Counted from the first letter of the stretch, positions 10,269 through 21,215 are shown. The stretch is 64,000 bases of DNA from Thecamonas trahens ATCC 50062 (GCF_000142905.1 NW_013657675.1:434001-498000), one strand, 5' to 3'. A program made the numbers and translations. Notes: generated by a model from the letters alone, not told the origin.

Positions 10269-11873
10269 ATGGAGCGGCGGAAGAAGGAGGATGTGGCTGC
10301 GGCATGGCGACTGGAGCGGGCGCTGGGCGAGGGCGCGTTTGGAGTAGTGTGGGAGGTGGCGCCCGAGGATGGCGATGGTCCGCATGCGGCGCTCAAGATT
10401 CAGCGGCCGGGTGGGGCCGAGGCCCGAAGGGACGTCGAGGCCGAAGCGCTACTTGGCATGGAGCTGATGGCGCTGGGCCCAGGCTCGGGGCTCATGGGCG
10501 TCATCGACATGTGTACCGTCGCCTCGATCCCAACCGAGTGGCGCAAGCAGCTGGTCGACGCCGTCGATCCCAACGCAAAGTACCCATCAGTGGTGACAGC
10601 CTGGAAGCGGGCACGCTTCCGGGGGCCGTACACCTTTGTTTTTCTCCCGCTTGGCAGCGGCGGGACGCTCGACAAAGTGCTAGAGGATGCTGCCGCAAAT
10701 GGCAAACCGCTGCCGCCGACGCATCTGGCCGGCATGGCGGTTCAGCTCGTCAACTCGGTCCGAGTTCTCCACGACATTGTCGCCTATCAGCACTGCGATC
10801 TCAAGCCGGAGAACGTGGTCCTCGTTGCCAGTGACAAGACTGCACCGGGCCTGGAGGTGGCCGGCGATGTGCCACGGACGTCGATCATCGACTACGGCCT
10901 GGCGGTGAGGCTGGAAGACGGGTCTCATGCTGGTGGGACGGTCGCGTACCTGGCGCCCGAGGTGCTGTTCCTCGGCGCACTAGAGCGCGACTACGCCGCC
11001 GACGTCTGGGCGCTTGGCGTCATGTTTCTCGAGATGGTGTTGACCGGCATCGAAGGTGCGTGCTATCGGGCAGCCAGCGCGGCAACTGCAGCTATCCAGC
11101 ACCTCACTGAGGTGCTCGCTTGTGTTCTCACCCGCGACGAAGAATCCCCGGTCCATACTCTTGTCGAGCTAGTGATTGAGGCGTCTGAGAGCTCGCAGTT
11201 TGTTTGCGATGATCCGAGCGATGCGTCAGCGGTCATTGCTGTCGCCTTTATCCAGTACGCGCTGCATGGCGTCGTGCTTCCGCAGGCTGGCGAATGGCCG
11301 ACTGCCGAGGATGCCGAGACGTCGCCAACGTACGTGGCACTCGAACAAGACCGCGCAAAGCTCCACGAGCTCGCCTCGGACCCAACCATCAATCCGTATA
11401 TTGACCTCATCGACGCCGTCGAGGCCGCCGACGACCCAATTCTCAGAGAGATGCTGGTGCTGGCCAAGGACATGATGGCGTGGCAGCCCAGCGACCGGCC
11501 GGATCTTGTCCACGTCCTCACCGACCACCCCGTCCTGGCATCGCATCGCGTTGGGCTGGCCACCAACAAGATCCCGCTCGTCTCGCTGGCGGCATCCGAG
11601 AACACGCCGCCAAGCTCGCCCGCGCCTGCGGCTTGTGGCTCGCGCTCGCTCACACAGCATCCACTTGGCACGCCGTTTACCCCGATGTGCACGCCCGGCC
11701 GCTCGCGCGCTGTCCGGCGGCACATCCAGGAGCGAATCCACTCAACGGCGTCCAAGTTCGAGGCCAAGGCTCGGCGAAAGGCTCGGCACAAGGCTGCCGC
11801 CGCCGTCGCCCGCGGCGAGCGTCCTCAGGCCCTCCCGCCTCGCACTCCTCGCGCCGTCCGCGCTCTGCGGTAA
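10269..11873 (+). CDS. Ser/Thr protein kinase (divergent, non-RD)
   Basis: LGEGAFGVV, AALK, HCDLKPEN, DYG, GTVAYLAPE, DVWALG and RP motifs. The start is taken as the ATG at 10269; an upstream exon is possible. Confidence 0.9.
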   Translation: MERRKKEDVAAAWRLERALGEGAFGVVWEVAPEDGDGPHAALKIQRPGGAEARRDVEAEALLGMELMALGPGSGLMGVIDMCTVASIPTEWRKQLVDAVDPNAKYPSVVTAWKRARFRGPYTFVFLPLGSGGTLDKVLEDAAANGKPLPPTHLAGMAVQLVNSVRVLHDIVAYQHCDLKPENVVLVASDKTAPGLEVAGDVPRTSIIDYGLAVRLEDGSHAGGTVAYLAPEVLFLGALERDYAADVWALGVMFLEMVLTGIEGACYRAASAATAAIQHLTEVLACVLTRDEESPVHTLVELVIEASESSQFVCDDPSDASAVIAVAFIQYALHGVVLPQAGEWPTAEDAETSPTYVALEQDRAKLHELASDPTINPYIDLIDAVEAADDPILREMLVLAKDMMAWQPSDRPDLVHVLTDHPVLASHRVGLATNKIPLVSLAASENTPPSSPAPAACGSRSLTQHPLGTPFTPMCTPGRSRAVRRHIQERIHSTASKFEAKARRKARHKAAAAVARGERPQALPPRTPRAVRALR

Positions 11874-11880
11874 ATGCCCA

Positions 11881-13440
11881 ATGGACTTGCTCGCCCTCCT
11901 CCCTCCCCCCTCAGCCAGCCAACGTGCTCCCGTTCCTGCTGCAGCCTCGGCGGCAGCTGCTGCGCCTGCACTGACGGCTGTGGCACGGGCTGCGGCTGAC
12001 GCTGCTGCTGACGCTGTCACCGCCGCCGCCCACGCTGATGCCCGCGCGCTCACTGCTGACGCTGCTGCTGTCGCTGACACCCACGCCCGGGCTCGCCGCT
12101 CACACGCCCACGTCCGGCTTATTCTGGCTGCCGCAGGCGCCGCTGCTGCAGCTGGTTCGGCCCACGCCGCGAGCCGTGCAAAGTCAGTCCTCGCTGCACG
12201 GGCGTCGGCCGGATCTGCCGAGGCCGACAAGGCCCGCGCCGAGGCAATGGCCGCCAAGAAGGCAGCAGCGAAAGAAGCACAAATTGTGGCGGCTCGGACT
12301 CAACGGCGGTGCCTGTGGCGGATTGCGGCTGCGCGGCTGAGGCTGGCTGCCAATGTCTCGGGTGTGTCCATCTCGGTCCTGTCGCCGGATGGCATCCGCG
12401 CCCGCGCCTTGACTGCTGCCGCCTCGCCTGCACTGGGCATGATCGTGGAGACCACATTGAGCATCGAGATTGCCGGCAAGCTTCACTCGCTTCCTGGCGC
12501 TGCACAGTGGGTCTTCTCGCCAGTCATGGCTTGTGGATCCGGAGCCGAGCTTGCGGCGGTGGTGTCGACGATGTTCGAGGCGCTTGGACGCCAGACCTCG
12601 CTGAGCATCCCTCCGCCACGTAGTGGAGGCGACGAGCCCGACCGTTTCCTTGATGCCACGCTTGTCCGCTGGCGATGGGAGTCGCCGTTCACCGCGTACG
12701 GGCAGCGGAGGCGGGACGTTTTGCTCTGCGTCGATGAGGCCGTCGCGCGTGGTCTTTCCTTTGACGACATCGGACGCTTTCCAAGCTACATGGTGGACGC
12801 GTATACAGAACCAGCCGATGTTGAAGACCTCCTCGCAGTGCTTGCCGACCATGAGCCGCTGCGAATTGTCGAGTGGAACGCTGATCCGCGGTACGGTACT
12901 GTGGCTCTGGCGCAATCTGTCGAGGGCAGGCGGACAGTCATGCTGATGAGCGCGCGGGTCCGCCACCTGGACACTGTGTGTCAACTGTACTATGTGTCGC
13001 CTGCAGACGACTTCTGCGTCTTGTTGCCTTCTGACCGGCGGAGAGATCTTGCGGGCGTGTACGGAAGCACCGCGGTCGAATACAGCGTTGCAGAAGAGGT
13101 GAGCGCCGCGGTTGGCGTCAACAAGCAAGTATGGGGCTCGGCTTGCGCGGCAAGCTTGGTCTGCGACGCCCGCGATCCGCTCGTACCGCGGTATGTGGTG
13201 CACGGGGAGATGGTGCAAGAGGAGCGCCGCAAGAGTTGTACGGCTGAGGTTGATTATTGCGGGGTGCGCGGATGCCGTGGGCGTGGGGTCGGCACCAGCC
13301 GCGGCGGATGGCGAGTGTGCGCGCTCCATGCGCAGGCACCGCGGGCAGACGGCGGATGGGGAAAACGGCGGGTTGGTGGCGCCGAGGCGACTGCCGCGTG
13401 GCTGGCGACGCTGTGCAGCACTGAAGGCCGGACGCAGTAG
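11881..13440 (+). CDS. Hypothetical protein with Ala-rich coiled coil and C-terminal Cys/His cluster
   Basis: Long ORF with coding-like codon bias from ATG 11881. C-terminal CGVRGC...VCALH is a possible zinc-binding motif. No family recognised. Confidence 0.65.
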   Translation: MDLLALLPPPSASQRAPVPAAASAAAAAPALTAVARAAADAAADAVTAAAHADARALTADAAAVADTHARARRSHAHVRLILAAAGAAAAAGSAHAASRAKSVLAARASAGSAEADKARAEAMAAKKAAAKEAQIVAARTQRRCLWRIAAARLRLAANVSGVSISVLSPDGIRARALTAAASPALGMIVETTLSIEIAGKLHSLPGAAQWVFSPVMACGSGAELAAVVSTMFEALGRQTSLSIPPPRSGGDEPDRFLDATLVRWRWESPFTAYGQRRRDVLLCVDEAVARGLSFDDIGRFPSYMVDAYTEPADVEDLLAVLADHEPLRIVEWNADPRYGTVALAQSVEGRRTVMLMSARVRHLDTVCQLYYVSPADDFCVLLPSDRRRDLAGVYGSTAVEYSVAEEVSAAVGVNKQVWGSACAASLVCDARDPLVPRYVVHGEMVQEERRKSCTAEVDYCGVRGCRGRGVGTSRGGWRVCALHAQAPRADGGWGKRRVGGAEATAAWLATLCSTEGRTQ

Positions 13441-13795
13441 AGCGAAGCAATCTCAGGCAAAGGCATGAACGAGCCGGTTGCTGGCCGCGAGCAAGTGGAG
13501 AAACGCCGCGTACGCGGCAGCCAGGTGCTTCGCATCAGTCACAGCGTGACGGATGGCTTCGTCACCCCGGGGTCGAGCGTGCAAAAGGCGCAGGACACAT
13601 AGGCCGTTGCTCGAAGGCAGCGCGAGGTGGCGGCGTTCCGGGACGAACACGAGTGGAGCCTTTTGGTTACGACTGTCCGTGCGCTCCCGACGCGCAGCTA
13701 GTGCTCAACGCCAAGTCAGAACTCGGAGTCCGCGCTCTGGCCGAGGTTGATCGGCGCGGACGGGTGCGGCTGCAAGCGCGGCGAAAGGGGCAGTG

Positions 13796-16459
13796 TTAAT
13801 CGATGGCCGGGATGATCGAGTCTGACGAGGCAGTCGACTCGAGATCGGAAAGGAGGTCGGAGCTGCAGGCAATGCGAGCGTCGACATCGGTGTCTTCGTC
13901 GGACGAGAGGGCAACAAATTGAAAAGGTCGGGCGAGCGAGCGGTTGCGGTAAGAGCGGAAGATGGCAATGGCAGCGGCGACAACCATGAAGAGGACGGCG
14001 AGGACGGCGATAGTGATGACAGCAAAGCGTGAGGCCGGCGGCGAGACGGGAACGTCTGTGGCCTCGGGCGGCGGCGGCGGCCAGGTATGATCCTCGCACT
14101 CGGTGTCGGCCAGGGCGCCACCGCCGGCGAGGCGGATGACGAGCGAGTAGGTCTGCGGGCCGTGGGGGATGTTGATGCCAGCAATGCGGACCTGGTAGAC
14201 GCCGTTTGCGGGCGGCGGAAAGACAAACTCGACGTTATTGCGGTTGTCGAACGCGTTGCGCGAGTCAGCCAGCTGCGCGTTGCCCTTGTAGTGGGCACCT
14301 GATGGGGCGACGACCTCGAGATCGATGTCGTTGACAAGCGAGGCGGCGGAGGCCGGTGAAGCCGGGTAGTCCTGCCAGGCAATGACAATCTTCAGCGAGG
14401 CTCCCGGTGCTGGTGTGTCCGGCAGGCCGAGGACGCGGAAGCAGCGGGTGCGGAGCGAGTTTGTCTCTGCGGCGTGGTCCGGGTGGTCAAAAAGGACCTT
14501 GAGCGGCGAGTTGAGGGTGAGCGGGACGGTAGCGTTGAGGGTGAGACCGCCAAAGCCGGCGTAATAGTTGACGTCGCCAGGCATGGAGATTTTGCTGTCT
14601 TCGCAGCGCCAAAAGACACCACCGTCGAGCGGAGTAGCGCCGGCGAGAAGCAAGGCCTTGAGGAGGGCGGCGGACGGGGCGATGCCGCGCGCGTTGTTTG
14701 GCTTGCCGTCGGGCCAGCGACCCTCGGTCAGATACTGGCGGAGAAGGATGGCCGAGCCGGCGACGCCCGGGGCGGCCATCGACGTGCCGGACTCGATAAA
14801 GGCCCACGAGTTGCCTAGCTCGTAGCACTGGTCGGTGGGCGAGTTGTTGTCGCCATCAGAGCGGGCCGAAACAACGTAGTGGCCTGGGGCGACAATGTCG
14901 GGCTTGAGCCTGTGGTCCGGGCCAGACGGGCCCAGCGAAGAGTAGCAGGCGAGGTTGTTAGAGGTAAAGTAGTCGGGATGATTGGTGACGTGATCGACGC
15001 CGTCGGCAGAGCAGGTCATGGCAACCTGGTCGTCGACAATGCCGCACTTGTGCTCAAACGACGAGTACGTCGAGTACTGCGAGCCGACCGAGAGCCCGTT
15101 CTTAGCGTTGCCCGGAGTGGCGACTGTGTCCCAGCCCGCAGTTCCTGTGTTGCCAGCAGCAATGACATAGAGAAAGTCCGGGTTGTTGAACTGGAAGCGG
15201 TCGACGTCTTCGCAGAGCGAGTCGTAGCGGGTCGAGTCGCCGCCCCACGAGTCTGAGTGAACGCGTGCGCCGTACTCGTATGGGCGCGGAAAGTAGCTGG
15301 CAGCGAGGTCCGACGGTGGATAGAGGTCGCCGTACTGGTCACCGAGATCGGTGAAGACGAGACGGGCGCGTTGGGCAATGCCATCATACTTGCCGGGGAT
15401 GCCGCCGCGGTCGGCCCATCCGGTGAGCGAGCCGACGACGTGGGTGCCGTGGCCGGACCGGGCGTCGAGATCGTTCTCGAGCGTGATGTACGAGACGAGC
15501 TTGCGGTGGTGCGGCGAGACGACGTTGAATGGGATGGAGACGTTTTCGTCGCGGAAGAAGCACATGTCGGCGTCGAGCCCGGTGTCGCCGCACGACACAA
15601 CCTGGCCCTCGCCGCGGATGCCAGCATCCCAGAACGGGGTCGGCGCCATGTCGGCGTTGTGGGTCGACTCTGCCGCCGACGATCCAGCCTGCATGACAGA
15701 ACGCGAAAAGCGGTTGCGGACCGCCACCTTTGGCTGCCACTGAATCCAGTGGACTGCCGGGTGGAGCGCGGCAGAGGCAGCGGCGTCGGCGAGCTCTGCC
15801 GGCGTGCCGCGGATAGCTACCCGCCGTGACGAGACTGCCGAAGCCCCCAGGCCCAGCGAGGTTGAAAGGTCAGCGGCGACGTCGTCTGCCGTGTGCGGGC
15901 CGTCGAGGAGTGAGACAAGCAGCGGCCGCGGCCGCGCCTCGCCAGCAGCACGTGCTGAGCGAGCCTGCGCCGCGAGCTCGCCAGCATCAAACTTGTCCGA
16001 GGCCTCGTACTCGTAGGCACCTGCAACGTGCGGATGAGCATCAAGCGCATCAGCACAAGCCGCAGAGGCAGAGACCAGCACCGAGTGGTGTGGAACGTAG
16101 CGGTAGTGCCCGGCGCATGGCCCGTGAAGCACTTCATCGCGCAGCTGGCTGGGGATCGGACCGTCCATGACGACCAGGACCGGCCAGGCGGCGGCCTCGG
16201 GCGAGGCGGCCCTAGCTGTCACAGCCGCAGAGTGAGCGGAGACCTTTGCAGCAGCAGCGTCACGCGCGGCAGTCACCGAAGCATGAGCCATCGGCGCATT
16301 CCCAAACTGTCGGGCTGCAGGTCGGTCTTCGGCCACCACCTCGCGCGGATGCGGCAGAGTCCTCGAGCGGAGCAAGACGTCTGCCAGTACAGAGTTGGCC
16401 ACCCCCAGCAGAACAAAGAGGGCGAGTACCACCACCAAACGGGATGGTGTCGAGAGCAT
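13796..16459 (-). CDS. Membrane-anchored subtilisin-like serine protease (S8, KP-43/TagC-like)
   Basis: Signal peptide MLSTPSRLVVVLALFVLLGVANSVLA. Catalytic motifs GDTG, GHGTHV, AAGN and GTSMAAP. C-terminal beta domain LVNDIDLEV...NNVE. Single TM FAVITIAVLAVLFMVVAAAIAIF. Confidence 0.93.
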   Translation of the reverse strand: MLSTPSRLVVVLALFVLLGVANSVLADVLLRSRTLPHPREVVAEDRPAARQFGNAPMAHASVTAARDAAAAKVSAHSAAVTARAASPEAAAWPVLVVMDGPIPSQLRDEVLHGPCAGHYRYVPHHSVLVSASAACADALDAHPHVAGAYEYEASDKFDAGELAAQARSARAAGEARPRPLLVSLLDGPHTADDVAADLSTSLGLGASAVSSRRVAIRGTPAELADAAASAALHPAVHWIQWQPKVAVRNRFSRSVMQAGSSAAESTHNADMAPTPFWDAGIRGEGQVVSCGDTGLDADMCFFRDENVSIPFNVVSPHHRKLVSYITLENDLDARSGHGTHVVGSLTGWADRGGIPGKYDGIAQRARLVFTDLGDQYGDLYPPSDLAASYFPRPYEYGARVHSDSWGGDSTRYDSLCEDVDRFQFNNPDFLYVIAAGNTGTAGWDTVATPGNAKNGLSVGSQYSTYSSFEHKCGIVDDQVAMTCSADGVDHVTNHPDYFTSNNLACYSSLGPSGPDHRLKPDIVAPGHYVVSARSDGDNNSPTDQCYELGNSWAFIESGTSMAAPGVAGSAILLRQYLTEGRWPDGKPNNARGIAPSAALLKALLLAGATPLDGGVFWRCEDSKISMPGDVNYYAGFGGLTLNATVPLTLNSPLKVLFDHPDHAAETNSLRTRCFRVLGLPDTPAPGASLKIVIAWQDYPASPASAASLVNDIDLEVVAPSGAHYKGNAQLADSRNAFDNRNNVEFVFPPPANGVYQVRIAGINIPHGPQTYSLVIRLAGGGALADTECEDHTWPPPPPEATDVPVSPPASRFAVITIAVLAVLFMVVAAAIAIFRSYRNRSLARPFQFVALSSDEDTDVDARIACSSDLLSDLESTASSDSIIPAID

Positions 16460-16918
16460 GGCTGAAGTTGGGGGAGTTGGGCGTTGTGCTCTGGGCTTGT
16501 GGCCGCCAAAGTGCCGGCGAGTTGTTGGCCTTGTTCCTGAGACTGCGGAGTAACTCGGCCGACGACTGACGGACGAACTGTTTTGGGGCCACCGAGAGAC
16601 ACACAATGGACAGCGAGGAGGGGGGGAAGGGAGGGACGAGGGGAGATCAGAGTGGGGTTGGTGGTTAGGTGGGGTGGTTGGATGGGGATGGGGATGGGGA
16701 TGGGGTGGGGATGGGGATGGGGATCAGGGGGAGGGAGGAGAGGGATCAGAGTATTGGGGAGTGATGGGGGATGATGGAGATGGACAGAGGGGGGAGAGAG
16801 GGGGGGGGAGAGAGAGGGGTCGATGAATGATTGCAATTGCAATGGTGTGCAGGGATCACCGTGATGGGCATGATGGGTGGTGGGCGGTGGCGGTGTGAGC
16901 AAACTCTCCAATCGGAAC

Positions 16919-17018
16919 NNNNNNNNNNNNNNNNNNNNNNNNNNNNNNNNNNNNNNNNNNNNNNNNNNNNNNNNNNNNNNNNNNNNNNNNNNNNNNNNNN
17001 NNNNNNNNNNNNNNNNNN
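16919..17018. other. Assembly gap (100 N)
   Basis: N run flanked by G-rich and poly-C tracts. Confidence 1.
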
Positions 17019-17131
17019 CCCCCCCCCCCACCCACCACCATCACCACCACCACCCACCCACCCACCCACCTTGGCATAGACAGGCAGACACTTCTCTGCT
17101 TTTTTGAAGGAACACAGCCTCTTGTTTCACT

Positions 17132-18857
17132 ATGTTTGGCGTAGCACGGAGCGCGGCGCGAGTGCCGGTGGCCGCGGCGATGCGGGGACTGGCGACGGCG
17201 GCAACGGCGCGTGCCGGGGGGGCAAGGCTTTTGAGTACTCGGCGCTGTTCCAGGCGGAGAACCCTGTCGAGACACCGTACAAGCTTGTGACGACCGAGGG
17301 TGTGGAGAGCGTGACGTTTCCGGACGGACGCGAGGGCCTGCGTGTGGCGCCCGAGGCGCTGACTCTGCTGGCGTCGACGGGCATGCGCGACATTGCCCAT
17401 CTCCTCCGGCCGGCGCACCTCAAGCAACTGAGCTCGATCCTGGACGATCCCGAGGCGTCGGACAACGATCGGTTTGTGGCACTGCAGCTGCTGAAAACGC
17501 CAACGTGGCGGCCGGGATGGTTCTGCCCGGGTGCCAGGACACCGGGACTGCCATTGTGATGGGCAAGCGTGGCTCGCACGTTCTCACCGACGGCAACGAC
17601 GAGGCCGCGCTCTCCGAGGGCGTGTACAAGACGTACACCGAGACGAACCTGCGGTACTCGCAGGTTGCGCCGCTCGACATGTACACCGAGACCAACACCG
17701 GCAACAACCTCCCGGCACAGATCGACATCTTTGCCACCGGTGGCGCCGAGTACAACTTTATGTTTATGGCCAAGGGCGGTGGCTCGGCAAACAAGACGTT
17801 TCTCTACCAGCAGACCAAGGCGCTGCTCAACGAGGAGACCCTCATTCCGTTCCTTGAGGAGAAGTTCAAGGGCATCGGGACGACGGCGTGCCCACCGTAC
17901 CATCTTGCATTTGTCATCGGCGGCCTCTCGGCGGAGATGAACCTCAAGACGGTCAAGCTGGCCTCGGCCAAGTACCTGGACTCGCTGCCGACGACGGGTG
18001 ACGCGACTGGGCGTGCGTTCCGCGACGTCGAGATGGAGGCCAAGATCCACAAGCTGACCCAGGTGGCCGGCATCGGCGCCCAGTTTGGCGGCAAGTACTT
18101 TTGCCACGACGTGCGGGTCATCCGGCTTCCGCGTCACGGCGCGTCGTGCCCGGTCGGTGTCGGCGTCTCGTGCTCGGCTGACCGCCAGGCGCTCGGCAAG
18201 ATCACCAAGGATGGTGTGTTCATCGAGGAGCTCGAGACCGATCCGGCGCAGTACCTCCCCGAGGTTGTCGAGTCCGACCTTGCCGACGAGGTCGTGCCCA
18301 TCAACCTCAACGAAGGCATGGACAAGGTCCGGGCCAAGCTCGGCGAGTACCCAGTCAAGACTCGGCTCTCGCTCTCGGGCACCCTCATTGTGGCCCGTGA
18401 CATTGCGCACGCACGCATCAAGGAGCAGCTCGAGGCCGGCACGCCACTCCCGGACTACTTCCGCGACTACCCGATCTACTACGCCGGCCCGGCCAAGACA
18501 CCCGACGGGTACAACGTCGGCTCGCTTGGCCCGACCTCATCGGTCCGCCTCGACCCGTACCTCGACCCGTTCATGGCCGCTGGCGGCTCGTTCATCACCC
18601 TCGCCAAGGGCAACCGCTCCGCCGCCGCCCGCCGCGCCTGCAAGAAGCACGGCGGCGTGTACCTCGGCTCCATCGGCGGCCCCGCCGCCCTCCTCGCTCG
18701 CGACAACATCAAGTCCATCGAGGTCGTCGACTTTGAGGAGCTCGGCATGGAGGCCGTGTGGAAGATCGAGGTCGAGGACTTTCCGGCCTTTGTCGTCATC
18801 GACGCCAAGGGCAACGACTTTTACGCCCGCTACCTTCCTGCCTCTGCCGCCGACTAA
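17132..18857 (+). CDS. fumA: Class I (Fe-S) fumarate hydratase with mitochondrial presequence; two apparent frameshifts (G7 at 17216-17222, A4 at 17494-17497)
   Basis: Motifs [67 protein letters not shown] and [21 protein letters not shown] 17132 gives the Arg/Ala-rich, acid-free leader [29 protein letters not shown]. Confidence 0.93.
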
Positions 18858-19427
18858 TCGCCGGCCTCAGCAGCAGCTTGGACAAAGCTTGAGGTAAATC
18901 ACTTTCCCCCAACCATGTTGCTCAACACTACAGTGCAGGTACAAGTACCATAAGCAAACTCACCCTGTGTGCGTTTGTCCCCCCCCCCCCCTCCCTCCCC
19001 TCCCCCCCCCCCCCGCGCCACCTCGCCACACCAGCTCCTCCGCCACTTCCGCAGGTCACTTGACCAAGTCGCCAATGAAAAAAACTTACCCTTCGTTCAC
19101 CCTGTCACAATCATTGGTCCTCAATCGTTTGTTACTGTCAGGCAGAAAACCAACGTACGCTCACTTCGACTCCCACGCGTAGCCAGCCGCTCTTTTGCCG
19201 CGGACACCACAAACACTCTCACACACAGAGAGAGAGAAGCGAGAGAGAGACATTCCTCCCACCTTTCCATCCGTCCGTGTTAGCAACGACCTGCACTGTA
19301 GCAGGACTTGCCTTCACTCCCCCTCCGTCCCTCCCTCCCCTCCCCTCCCCCCCCCCCTCCCTCCCAAACCCTTCCCTTCCTCCTGGCTCCGTTCACTCCA
19401 GCTTCCACCTCTCATATCCTTCACATC

Positions 19428-21215
19428 ATGGGCTGTGGCTCATCACGCTCTTCGGCTGGTGAACGACCATCGCCAAGAAAGGCGGTCATATCCTCCCAGA
19501 CGGCAACAGGCTCAGGCTCGATGTCTGGAAGACCACTGCAGGCAAGTAACTCTGGGCAGGCAACTCCAGGTGGTCCGTCGACGCCAGGGCGCGACTGGCT
19601 CTCTGCGCAAGACTCATCGCGACATCCAGCAGGTAGCTCGTTCGATGGCCCGAGCGAGCCCGCGTCGCGGCTATCGACTGCCTCGCCGTCCCCGCGCGGT
19701 GTCTCGGCTACCTCAGTCAACTCCTTTAGCAAAAGCCGCAGCGGGCAAAAGTCGCCGATGCGTACACATCCGATCGGACAGCCCAAGTTCCGCTGGGGAA
19801 CGACAGGCGCATTCAGAGTCCTCGAGCTCTCGCACCGGTTCTCAATCGGGCTCCTGGGCCAGTCTCCGCCGTCGCTCCGAGCCGGCCACAACTATGTCAT
19901 GTCGGAAGAGGAGATCGACAACATCAGCGCGCAGATTCTCGGCGAGACCGACGTAGAGCCGACATCGGCGCTGACCAAGGCAACGCCGACCGATAAGTAC
20001 GAGTCGTTTGTCCTGTCGTGGAGACAGGCGACGCCTGCAGACTTGTCACTCATCGAATCGGACGAAGGTTCGACAACCTCCATGTCTGTACCGGACGTGG
20101 CAAGATCGGCGTCGAACCTTGTACTCATCCAGCTGACGCGGTTTTGGATCCACTCGCGCAAGACACCCGATAGCCACACCGAGGTTATGCCGCCAAACCT
20201 GCGAATGGCATTCCTGGTCTCGGCGGGCACCGGACAGTTTGTCGGGGCGATAGACGTCTCGCACGCGCTCGCCCAAAGTTTCATGATGCACAAGCGGCTG
20301 CATCCTGGCGCGCCGGCGACCAACTACAACATCCTCCGCAAGGAGTGGCGCAAGGACGCGCGTCGCTCACTTGTTGCGTTTTGGTCCAACGTGGTGGCCG
20401 GCTGGTCGGCACCGCTCTCGCAGAAAAACCTGCGGCCGCAGTACACGACGGCCCCAACGCCGCCCAACGCCGTCTCAGAAGAGCTCCAAAACGAGCTGGA
20501 ACAGATGCAGGCGTCGCAGGCCACCCGCGCCGGCCCATCAGCCTCGGTCGCGCCGCTCGGCAGCTCGACGCCGCCGGATGTCATCCTCACATACCGGTCG
20601 CGCAAGATGCTCGACATCACGTATCAGATTGCCACCCTCGAAGAGCATGCCAAGACCATCCTCTTTGATCCCGAGCTCCCGTTCAAGGCTGTGTTTGAAA
20701 AGGCTGTCATGGAGCTGCGGCCGCAGGCGCAGCTGACCTCGCCGTCGTTCCGCGAGCTCGATCCCATTGGCGCATGCGTCGACGAGGTCATCAAGTCGTC
20801 GACCAACTGGGCATCACTCACGCCGTGGTCGACCTCGACGGCGCAGACGCAGATCCTGGTCTCCATCTCGGTCGCGCACCCGTCGATCATGTTCTACACC
20901 CGGTCGATGCTTTTCAAGCGGTGGTTCTTCATCCCACTTCCGCTGCGCAGCTCGCAGCCGCTCTCGCCCAAGTCCAACTCGTCGAACGCCTCGCTCTTTT
21001 CCAACACCTCGCAAGAGACGAACGACACCCATCCGCCAGACGACGACTTTGTCCGCTTCATCTGGTCTGCCGCCGAGGCCGCTGTCGCCGAGGTCATTTT
21101 ATCCGAGTTTGAAAGCGATTGCAAGGCTCTCCACGATGACGCTCTCAGCACGAGCTCCATGGGTGGACTTGAGTCGATTGTCTCAATCTCTTCGGCGTCG
21201 TTTGATCCGAGGTAG
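19428..21215 (+). CDS. Hypothetical protein with N-terminal myristoylation/palmitoylation motif MGCGSS
   Basis: 595-aa ORF from ATG 19428 with strong codon bias. Ser/Pro-rich N-terminus followed by a globular-looking region. No family recognised. Confidence 0.75.
   Translation: MGCGSSRSSAGERPSPRKAVISSQTATGSGSMSGRPLQASNSGQATPGGPSTPGRDWLSAQDSSRHPAGSSFDGPSEPASRLSTASPSPRGVSATSVNSFSKSRSGQKSPMRTHPIGQPKFRWGTTGAFRVLELSHRFSIGLLGQSPPSLRAGHNYVMSEEEIDNISAQILGETDVEPTSALTKATPTDKYESFVLSWRQATPADLSLIESDEGSTTSMSVPDVARSASNLVLIQLTRFWIHSRKTPDSHTEVMPPNLRMAFLVSAGTGQFVGAIDVSHALAQSFMMHKRLHPGAPATNYNILRKEWRKDARRSLVAFWSNVVAGWSAPLSQKNLRPQYTTAPTPPNAVSEELQNELEQMQASQATRAGPSASVAPLGSSTPPDVILTYRSRKMLDITYQIATLEEHAKTILFDPELPFKAVFEKAVMELRPQAQLTSPSFRELDPIGACVDEVIKSSTNWASLTPWSTSTAQTQILVSISVAHPSIMFYTRSMLFKRWFFIPLPLRSSQPLSPKSNSSNASLFSNTSQETNDTHPPDDDFVRFIWSAAEAAVAEVILSEFESDCKALHDDALSTSSMGGLESIVSISSASFDPR

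Noticed and set aside
17494-17497. Programmed -1 ribosomal frameshifting as the explanation for split genes
   Set aside because: Sites differ in sequence, occur in unrelated housekeeping genes, and fit homopolymer sequencing errors better. Not excluded without reads.
18900-19200. Possible small spliced gene on the minus strand (GTAAGT donor near 19090)
   Set aside because: No open frame with coding bias could be assembled.
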